13,071 bases of DNA from contig JBGGMJ010000025.1 in assembly GCA_041288095.1 (NCBI GenBank), forward strand, positions 1-13,071. Direction: 5' to 3'. The DNA is from Myxococcota bacterium (GTDB lineage Bacteria > Myxococcota > XYA12-FULL-58-9 > JALHOP01). Positions within the stretch are counted from its first letter, which is position 1, and every line of letters starts with the position of its first letter. A program made the translations under genes and the position numbers. The notes beneath the pieces are model-generated. The model was not told where the DNA came from. It saw only the letters and a program-made list of their open reading frames with translations, and made no database searches. This document shows positions 6,351 through 13,071 of this stretch, in pieces.

Positions 6351-8495
6351 ATGACGCAAAAACGGTTTGGATTCATCGCTCTCTGGAGTGTCGTAGCTCT
6401 CACGTGCGCAAGCAACTCCGAAGGTCCGGTCAAGCCGGAGCGTACCAAGGGTCCCGCTGACGACGGCCTGCGCCTCGTCGAGCCGGTCTACGATCGTGGC
6501 TTCAAGGGCGACTGGCAAGACTTCGGCTGGTCGCGGCGCGAGCTCAAGGGCGAGGCCCCCGCCCGCGTCGATATGTCCGACTACGGTGGGTGGATCGTCG
6601 CCCGGCCGGGGCTCTCCGGCATCTACGAGGCCCTGATGCTGCGCGTGCGCAGTGCCCGGCCCGTCGATTTCCTCTCGGTCGCCGTCAGCGCCGGCAAGCA
6701 AGGCGAGTTCCCGGACGTCAAGGTCACCGGCAAGCACCTGCGCCAACTCGAGGGTGGGGACATCGAGGTCCTCGTGTCGATGAAGGAGCTCAATCCGCAA
6801 GGACGCACCTTCGACCGCGTCGTGCTCCGCGCCAATCGGCCGGTCCCGGTGGGCTTCATCGAGCTCGACGCCATCGGCTTGTGGGGCTCGACCGACGCCA
6901 AGCGGCAGGCCGATGTCGCCAAAGCGGTCGCCTCCGCGGCGCGCAAGGTCGACGTGGGCATCGAGTGCGACGGGGCCTCGCACCCCATCAACGACATGAT
7001 CTACGGCATCGCGTATTACCCGATGAACGATCACAAGGATCAGCACGTCTGGAGCATGAACCCGGCGGTGCGTCGCTGGGGCGGCAACCACACCACGCGC
7101 TACAACTGGAAGCTCGGTAACGCGTGGAACACGGCGTCCGACTGGTTCTTCAAGAACGTCAACTACACGCCGGACCCGCGCTTCAACTGGACCGACTTCC
7201 TCACCGCCGACGCGCAGCACGGCGTGAAGACCGCGATCACCTTGCCGACGATCGGCTGGGTCGCCAAAGACACGAGCTCGTATAGCTTCCCGGTCTCTGT
7301 CTTCGGCAAACAGAAGGCCGTCGAGCCAGGTCAACCCGACGTCGGCAACGGCATGAACGAGGCGGGCAAGGCCATCCCCCCGGCTCCGCCATCGCGGACG
7401 AGCATCGCCATGGCTCCGGCTGACATCGCCGCTTGGGTGTCACGCATCAAAGAGCGCGATCAGAAGGCCGGCGGCCGCAGCGTCCATCAGTACATCTTGG
7501 ATAACGAGCCCGACCTCTGGCACGTCACCCACCGCGACGTGCATCCGGAGCCCGCTAGCTATGACGAGCTGCTGCAGCGGACGATCCAGTACGGCACCGC
7601 GGTGCGCAAGGCCGATCCCGAGGCGCAGATCGCCGGCCCGGCCTCGTGGGGTTGGACGGGCTACTTCTTCTCGGCCGTCGATCAAGTCGCTGGTTTCCAG
7701 CTCAAGCCCGACCGCCGCAAGCACGGAGACACGCCGTTCCTCGCCTGGTTCTTGAGGGAGCTCCGCGCCAACGAGCAGCGCACCGGCACGCGCGTGCTCG
7801 ACGTGCTCGATATCCACTTCTATCCCCAGGGCGACGGCATCTACGGCGGCTCGCGCACCGATCCCGACACCAACGCTCGGCGCTTCCGCTCGACCCACGC
7901 CTTGTGGGACCCGGTCTATCGCGACGAGTCGTGGATCAACGACGCCATCGAGCTCTTGCCGCGCTTCGAGCGCGTCATCGCCGACAGCTACCCGGGCACG
8001 AAGCTGTCGATCGGCGAGTGGAGCTTCGGCGCCGAGAAGCACATCAGCGGCGCCTTGGCGATGGCCGAGACGCTCGGCCGCTTCGGCCAGTCGCCCATCA
8101 TGGCCTCGGCCTACTACTGGACCTATCCGCCGGATCAGTCACCCTCTTACTGGGCCTTCCGCGCGTTCCGTAACTACGACGGCAAGAACGCCAAGTTCCT
8201 CGAGCACTCGGTGGCGACCCGCGACGCGCGTGACGTCTCGATCTTCGCTAGCCGCGATAGCGGAAAAGGCAAAGTCGTCGCCGTGGTCTTGAACAGCTCG
8301 AGCGACGCCATCGAGGCCGACATCCAAACGAACAGCTGCGGCGGCGTTGCGCTTACGCGCACTTTCCGCATGTCGGAGCTCGCCCCGGCGCTCGCACCCG
8401 CGAAGCCGACGCGTGACCACGTCGCGGGGAAGCCGCTCGTCGATGTGCTGCCGCCGCAGTCGATCACGGTCTACGAGCTGGCGAAGGGCAAGTAG
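6351..8495 (+). CDS. epsB: secreted glycoside hydrolase family 44, myxobacterial EpsB-like (714 aa)
   Basis: N-terminal signal peptide, a beta-rich CBM-like region, then GH44 motifs HPINDMIYG, RWGGNHTTRYNW, YILDNEP (acid/base Glu), WHVTHRDVHP, LDVLDIHFYPQ and LSIGEWSFG (nucleophile Glu). Confidence 0.92.
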   Translation: MTQKRFGFIALWSVVALTCASNSEGPVKPERTKGPADDGLRLVEPVYDRGFKGDWQDFGWSRRELKGEAPARVDMSDYGGWIVARPGLSGIYEALMLRVRSARPVDFLSVAVSAGKQGEFPDVKVTGKHLRQLEGGDIEVLVSMKELNPQGRTFDRVVLRANRPVPVGFIELDAIGLWGSTDAKRQADVAKAVASAARKVDVGIECDGASHPINDMIYGIAYYPMNDHKDQHVWSMNPAVRRWGGNHTTRYNWKLGNAWNTASDWFFKNVNYTPDPRFNWTDFLTADAQHGVKTAITLPTIGWVAKDTSSYSFPVSVFGKQKAVEPGQPDVGNGMNEAGKAIPPAPPSRTSIAMAPADIAAWVSRIKERDQKAGGRSVHQYILDNEPDLWHVTHRDVHPEPASYDELLQRTIQYGTAVRKADPEAQIAGPASWGWTGYFFSAVDQVAGFQLKPDRRKHGDTPFLAWFLRELRANEQRTGTRVLDVLDIHFYPQGDGIYGGSRTDPDTNARRFRSTHALWDPVYRDESWINDAIELLPRFERVIADSYPGTKLSIGEWSFGAEKHISGALAMAETLGRFGQSPIMASAYYWTYPPDQSPSYWAFRAFRNYDGKNAKFLEHSVATRDARDVSIFASRDSGKGKVVAVVLNSSSDAIEADIQTNSCGGVALTRTFRMSELAPALAPAKPTRDHVAGKPLVDVLPPQSITVYELAKGK

Positions 8496-8520
8496 CTTCA
8501 GGTTGACCGCTGATGAAGGC

Positions 8521-8570
8521 GGGCACACATTGCCGTCTGGCGGGTTGTCCAAGGCCAGCGCAGTGTGCCC
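8521..8570 (+). promoter_or_regulatory. long imperfect stem-loop between the GH44 gene and the kinase
   Basis: GGGCACAC (8521-8528)/GTGTGCCC (8563-8570), TGC/GCA and CTGGC (8537-8541)/GCCAG (8554-8558). The stem ends immediately before ATG 8571. Confidence 0.55.
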
Positions 8571-10460
8571 ATGGCGTCTGGAGAGACAAAGGACCGGCGG
8601 GGTGAAACCGGTGGCCTCCTCGTTGAGGCTGAAGAGCTCGTCGGCGTTGCCGCATGGGCCTGGGACGTCGTTCGCGATCAGGTGACCTACTCCGACGGCC
8701 TGTGCCGGCTGCTTGGCCGTAGCCATGCCGAGCTGGGTCACACGTTCCTCAACGCCATGGTGCTGGTCGACGAGGCGACTCGCGAGCGCTGCGCCTCGAC
8801 CATCCGCCAGACCATCGAGACGGGATGCGAGAGTTACACGGTCGAGCTCCCGGTCGAGCACCCGACCCGCGGGCAGATTTCCGTCCAGGTCTGCTGCCAA
8901 GTCGTCCGTGACTGCAGGGGACGTGCCACGCGGTTCGTCGGCACGCTCCTCGACGTGAGCGAGCGCCAGGGCGCCGAGCGGCGCTTGGCGCAACAGCAGC
9001 AATTTCTCGACGCCATCATCGAGAACATCCCGGACATGATCTTCATCAAGGACGCGGTGACTCTCCGCTTCGAGCGCTTCAATCGCGCCGGCGAGCAGCT
9101 CTTGGGCTACGAGCGCTCGGAGCTTCTCGGCAAGTCCGACTTCGATTTCTTTCCTCGCGACCAGGCCGAGTCCTTCACGGCGCGCGACCGCGAGGTCCTT
9201 GCCGGTCGCTCGGTGATCGACGTCCCGGAAGAACGCGTCCTCACGCGGCATAACGGCATCCGCATCCTGCACACCAAGAAGGTGCCGCTCTTCGACGAGG
9301 ATGGTCGGCCCAGCCACCTGCTCGGCATCTCCGAGGACATCACCGACAAGAAGCGCGCTGAAGAGTTTCGCCTTTCCGATCTGCTGGTCCGCAGCCTCGA
9401 TGAGTACGCGGTGTTTCTCCTCGACGTCGAAGGGCGCGTGCGCACCTGGAATCTCGGCGCCGAGCGCGTGACCGGATACACGGACTCCGAGGTTATCGGA
9501 ACGCCGCTGGCCCACTTGTGGGACGAGGCGGGCCTCGGGTCGGCGCTCGAGCGCGCTGCCAGCGAGGGCTGTGTCACCTTGGAGGTGACGTGGCGCCTCA
9601 AGGACGAGCGCGTCATTTGGACAGTCGTGACGCTGAGCGCGGTTTACGGCGATGGTGACTCGCCCGTGCTCTTCGGTGTCGTCGCAAAAGACGTCACGTC
9701 GCGACGCCGTTCCGAAGGAGAGCGCGAAGCCCTGCTCACGCGGCTGCAAGAAGCGCTGCGCTTGCGCGACGAGTTCCTGTCGGTGGCGTCTCACGAGCTG
9801 CGCACGCCGGTCGCGACGCTCAAGCTGCAGGCTGGCCTGTTCAGTCAGCTGCTCAAGCGATCACCCGACGAGCTGGTCGCGCAGTTGCCGAAGCTGGTGA
9901 CGAGGTTGAGCCATCAATGCGACCGACTCGAGCGCATGGTGGACGCGCTGCTCGATGTCTCGCGTCTGACGGCCGGACGTATGGAGCTGCACCGCGAGCT
10001 CGTGGATCTGTGTGCGATTGCCTCGCAGGTCATCGGGCGCGCCCGCGAAGACACGCGCGGCTCGCAAGAGATCGCGCTCGTGTGCCCCGGCAACGAGGTG
10101 CGCGGCTTCTGGGATCCGCTGCGGATCGATCAGATCCTCACGAACCTGGTCTCGATCGCGATGAAATACGGCAACGCCCTTCCAGTCGAAGTGTGTATCG
10201 AGGCGCAACCCGACACGGCCCTCGTGCGGGTCAGCGACCATGGCATCGGTATCGCCAAGCAGGATTGCGAGCGCATCTTCGGTCAATTCGAGCGCGCCGT
10301 ATCGGGGCGCCACTTTGGCGGCTTTGGGATGGGTCTGTTCATCACCGAGCGCCTAGTCACCGCGCACGGCGGTAAAATCTCGGTGGAGAGTGTTCCCGGC
10401 GAGGGTGCCACCTTTTCCGTGGAGTTGCCCTATGGGTCCCGTGATTCTGGTCGTCGATGA
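8571..10460 (+). CDS. cytoplasmic PAS domain sensor histidine kinase (3 PAS/PAC, HisKA, HATPase_c)
   Basis: PAS signatures (WAWD...YSD, IIENIPDMIFIKD...FNRAGEQLLGY...DIT, LDVEGRVRTWNLGAERVTGY), H-box SHELRTP, G1 VSDHGIGI, F box IFGQFER and G2 GGFGMGL. No TM segment is evident. Start is GTG 8565 or ATG 8571. Confidence 0.93.
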   Translation: MASGETKDRRGETGGLLVEAEELVGVAAWAWDVVRDQVTYSDGLCRLLGRSHAELGHTFLNAMVLVDEATRERCASTIRQTIETGCESYTVELPVEHPTRGQISVQVCCQVVRDCRGRATRFVGTLLDVSERQGAERRLAQQQQFLDAIIENIPDMIFIKDAVTLRFERFNRAGEQLLGYERSELLGKSDFDFFPRDQAESFTARDREVLAGRSVIDVPEERVLTRHNGIRILHTKKVPLFDEDGRPSHLLGISEDITDKKRAEEFRLSDLLVRSLDEYAVFLLDVEGRVRTWNLGAERVTGYTDSEVIGTPLAHLWDEAGLGSALERAASEGCVTLEVTWRLKDERVIWTVVTLSAVYGDGDSPVLFGVVAKDVTSRRRSEGEREALLTRLQEALRLRDEFLSVASHELRTPVATLKLQAGLFSQLLKRSPDELVAQLPKLVTRLSHQCDRLERMVDALLDVSRLTAGRMELHRELVDLCAIASQVIGRAREDTRGSQEIALVCPGNEVRGFWDPLRIDQILTNLVSIAMKYGNALPVEVCIEAQPDTALVRVSDHGIGIAKQDCERIFGQFERAVSGRHFGGFGMGLFITERLVTAHGGKISVESVPGEGATFSVELPYGSRDSGRR

Positions 10461-10797
10461 CGACGATGACCTTCGCGACACCATGAGCTTGGTCGTCGAA
10501 GGGGCAGGGTACAAAGCCGTGCAAATGTCGCGTGCCGCGGATGTCATCGCCTACGCCTCGGTGTCGCCGGCACCGGCCGCGATCCTTCTCGATCTGATGA
10601 TGCCCGGCATGACGGGTGCGGAGCTGCGCGAACGTTTGCGCGCTATACCGGCCACCGCCGGAACCCCCATCGTCGTCGTCACGGCGTTTCGCGACAAGCG
10701 TCATCTGCCCACCGACGTCGCCGGGGTGCTGTTCAAGCCCTTCAGCGCCGACGATCTCATCGCAGAGGTCGAGCGCGTCGTGAGGCTAGTTAACTAG
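10432..10797 (+). CDS. single-domain response regulator (CheY-like receiver, 121 aa)
   Basis: ILVVDDD, ILLDLMMPGMTG (phosphoacceptor Asp), VVVTA and FKPF. GGAG at 10421-10424 precedes ATG 10432. It overlaps the kinase 3' end by 29 nt. Confidence 0.92.
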   Translation: MGPVILVVDDDDDLRDTMSLVVEGAGYKAVQMSRAADVIAYASVSPAPAAILLDLMMPGMTGAELRERLRAIPATAGTPIVVVTAFRDKRHLPTDVAGVLFKPFSADDLIAEVERVVRLVN

Positions 10798-10878
10798 CGG
10801 GCGGCGACTCTACTCCCCAGTCCCAGGACGGTTTGTCCGCCGCCATCCCTTGCTTGCGCCGTAGCCGCGGTTTGGCGC

Positions 10879-10894
10879 TGGCCCGCATCTTGCT
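10879..10894 (+). promoter_or_regulatory. sigma54 (-24/-12) promoter candidate
   Basis: TGGCCCG-CATC-TTGCT versus consensus TGGCACG-N4-TTGCW: one mismatch and exact GG-N10-GC spacing, intergenic and directly upstream of a co-oriented gene. Confidence 0.7.
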
Positions 10895-10900
10895 CTCCCG

Positions 10901-13071
10901 ATGATCGTGTCCCCCTCCACTCGGCAACACGTCGGCGCTCAGCTTTGCGCCTTGCTCATCGCCGCAACCGGCTGCCTGGGGTCGATCGGCGATGCCGCCG
11001 ACGACCTCGCGGCTGTCGACGACCTCGGCGCCGACAGCTCGCGCGCCGGGCTCGTGTGTGAGCCGGGGAGCCTCTTCCCGAGCCCCGCTCCGATAAAGCG
11101 GATGACTCGGGTCGAGCTCGACAACACGTTGCGCGACCTTCTGGGTTCCCGCGAGCGGCACGCAACGGCGGTCCCGGAGGACGACTACGGCGGCGGCTAC
11201 AATGTCGGCTCGACGATCTCGCAACTGCATATCGAGACGTACCTGGCCGTTGCCGAGGCGGCGGCGACCGAGGCGATGGGCCGCATCACGACGCTCTGGG
11301 CTTGCGCCGACTACAGCCAAGCCTGCGCCCGCGCCTTCGCCGAGCGTTTCGGCAAGCGGGCCTATCGACGTCCGCTCGAGCAGAGTGAGGTGGACGTCCT
11401 CGCGAGCTTCTTCGCGGCGCAACAGAGCGCATACGGCGGCCCGGAGGCGCAGCGTTTGCTCATCGCGCGCATGCTCACGTCACCGAGCTTTCTCTATCGC
11501 GCCGAGACCGGCGACGCCGGCCTAGCGGCGTTCGGCGGGCCAGCCGACGGCGTGCCACTCGACCGCTACGAGCTCGCCAGTCGTCTCGCGTATCTCATCT
11601 GGGCGAGCATGCCCGACGACGAGCTGATCGCCGCGGCCGAGCGTGGTGAGCTCTCGACCACCGAGGGTATCGAGCGCCAGGCGCGTCGACTGCTCGGCGA
11701 CCCCAAGGCACGAGGTGGCCTGCGGAACTTCTACGCGCAATGGCTCGAGCTCGACCGCGGCGCCGAGCTGGAAAAAGACGCGGCGCTGTTTCCGCGGGTC
11801 GACGACACGCTGCGCGCCGCGATGAACGGCGAAACCCGGGCTTTCATGGACCATGTGCTGTGGGACGACGACGCGACGCTGACGACCGCCCTCACCGCGT
11901 CGTACGGGTTCGTCGACGCATCACTCGCTCGATTGTACGGCGTCGAGTCGGCCTACCAGGCGGCGAGCGCGCTCCAGCCTACGGGCGCGACGAGCCTCGA
12001 TATCGGCGCGGCCATGGGCGAGACCGTCGTCGCCGAGCCAGCGCTGACGTTGGCCAGCGATGGCTTGGATATCTGGGGCACGAGCGATGCGTTCCGCTAT
12101 GCCCACTTTTCGATCGACGGCGACGGCGGCATCGTCGCGCGCGTCAGCGCCATGAGCGGGGGCTCTGAATGGGCCAAGGCCGGCGTCATGCTCCGAGATG
12201 GCACCGCGCCGGGAGCGCGCAACGCCGCCCTTCACCTCACGAAGGCGCACGGCATCGTCTTCAATCGCCGGCTGCTCGATGGCGGCGCCACGGTTTCCAC
12301 GGCGGTGCGCACAGCGAGCGCACCCGTGTGGCTCGCCATCGAGCGGCGCGGCGACGTGGTCATCGCATCGACCTCCGATGACGGCGTCGCGTTCGTCGAG
12401 GCGGGACGGGCCCACATGGTCTTGCCGTCGTCGGTGCACGTGGGCCTTGCGGTCGCCCGCGGCAACGCCCCGGAGGCCGTCCGAGCGACCTTCGATGGTG
12501 TCCGCCAACACGGACTCGTGAAAGTGGATCTCGACCCCAGCCAGCGCGCCGGCTTCTTGACCCAAGCCGGAGTGCTTGCTCGCTTGTCGCGACCCTACGA
12601 GACGTCACCCATCTTTCGCGGCATGTTCGTGCTCGATCGTCTCTTGTGCACGCACCTCGCGCCGCCCCCGGACCTCGACGTCGACCTCCCGGCGATCGAC
12701 CCGACCAAGACGACGCGCGAGCGCACCTCGGAGCTCACGGAGAAGGGGACCTGCGCCGCTTGTCACACCGTAATCAACCCCCTCGGCTTCACCTTCGAGA
12801 GCTACGATGCGGCGGGGGCCTTCAGGGACACCGAGAACGGCAAGCCCATCGACGCATCCGGCGCGCTCCAGACCAGCAGGGGCCGCACCGCGGTCGTCGG
12901 TGTCGTTGGCGAGGGTGGGCTGCTCTCGGCGCTGGTCGACGACATCTCTTTGCACGAGTGTGTCGCGACGCAGTGGCTGCGCTACGCTTTCGGTCGCAAC
13001 AACGTCGAGGCCGACGACTGCAGCCTCGCCGAGGTCGATCGCCGGTTCGCGGTATCCGGCTACGACCTCAC
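10901..13071 (+). CDS. DUF1587/DUF1595/DUF1592/DUF1588(/DUF1585) domain lipoprotein with CxxCH motif, 3'-partial (at least 723 codons visible)
   Basis: Absent from the ORF track because there is no stop in the window. Hand translation from 10901 gives lipobox-like LIAATG|C, IKRMTRVELDNTLRDLLG (DUF1587), FGKRAYRRPL...MLTSPSFLYR (DUF1595), YELASRLAYLIWASMPDDEL...FYAQWL (DUF1592), RAGFLTQAGVL...TSPIFRG...CAACH...INPLGFTFESYDAAG (DUF1588) and WLRYAFGR. Start is ATG 10901 or GTG 10907. Confidence 0.92.
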   Translation, partial: MIVSPSTRQHVGAQLCALLIAATGCLGSIGDAADDLAAVDDLGADSSRAGLVCEPGSLFPSPAPIKRMTRVELDNTLRDLLGSRERHATAVPEDDYGGGYNVGSTISQLHIETYLAVAEAAATEAMGRITTLWACADYSQACARAFAERFGKRAYRRPLEQSEVDVLASFFAAQQSAYGGPEAQRLLIARMLTSPSFLYRAETGDAGLAAFGGPADGVPLDRYELASRLAYLIWASMPDDELIAAAERGELSTTEGIERQARRLLGDPKARGGLRNFYAQWLELDRGAELEKDAALFPRVDDTLRAAMNGETRAFMDHVLWDDDATLTTALTASYGFVDASLARLYGVESAYQAASALQPTGATSLDIGAAMGETVVAEPALTLASDGLDIWGTSDAFRYAHFSIDGDGGIVARVSAMSGGSEWAKAGVMLRDGTAPGARNAALHLTKAHGIVFNRRLLDGGATVSTAVRTASAPVWLAIERRGDVVIASTSDDGVAFVEAGRAHMVLPSSVHVGLAVARGNAPEAVRATFDGVRQHGLVKVDLDPSQRAGFLTQAGVLARLSRPYETSPIFRGMFVLDRLLCTHLAPPPDLDVDLPAIDPTKTTRERTSELTEKGTCAACHTVINPLGFTFESYDAAGAFRDTENGKPIDASGALQTSRGRTAVVGVVGEGGLLSALVDDISLHECVATQWLRYAFGRNNVEADDCSLAEVDRRFAVSGYDL

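Noticed and set aside
6351..6410. GH44 as a lipoprotein (VALT|C)
   Set aside because: Thr at -1 is a poor lipobox match, so it is called only as secreted. SignalP would decide.
6351..7334. N-terminal ~330 aa of the 530-aa minus ORF 5742..7334, which suggests a large fusion acetyltransferase
   Set aside because: It is the antisense shadow of the GH44 gene. Only the C-terminal ~180 aa has LbH motifs.
8139..9794. 551-aa minus-strand ORF
   Set aside because: Antisense to GH44 and the kinase with no recognisable motifs. Long shadow ORFs are expected at this GC content.
10790..12955. Many short ORFs on both strands in the last 2.2 kb, suggesting a gene-poor or degraded region
   Set aside because: All are alternative frames of one uninterrupted + ORF from 10901 that the track omitted for lack of a stop codon.
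1..13071. CRISPR array, tRNA/rRNA, IS/integrase or defence genes
   Set aside because: No regularly spaced repeats, cloverleafs, or transposase, recombinase or nuclease motifs were seen.

Overview
GC-rich bacterial window, most consistent with Myxococcota or a related lineage (inferred from gene content). Left to right: the first codons of a minus-strand gene running off the left edge; a PEGA-domain lipoprotein (-); an AT-rich divergent intergenic region; a LeuA-family (DRE-TIM) synthase without the C-terminal regulatory domain (+); a minus-strand run of CysE-like acetyltransferase (EpsC-like), GT2 glycosyltransferase (EpsD-like), second CysE-like acetyltransferase, LPP20-like lipoprotein and NRDE/TANGO2 protein; a divergent secreted GH44 hydrolase (EpsB-like); a triple-PAS histidine kinase with an overlapping single-domain receiver; and a long + ORF missing from the ORF track (10901 to the right edge) encoding a DUF1587/1595/1592/1588 lipoprotein with a CxxCH motif behind a sigma54-type promoter. 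The centre looks like a rearranged piece of the myxobacterial exopolysaccharide locus. The most notable observations are a ~190-aa ConA-like beta-sandwich inserted into the DUF1592/DUF1588 protein, loss of the N-box Asn in the kinase, a 13-nt-periodic TGCGAC/GTCGCA/TGCGAC element before the LeuA-like gene, and hairpins abutting start codons. No rRNA, tRNA, CRISPR array or mobile element was seen. All family assignments come from motif recognition by eye, not database searches.
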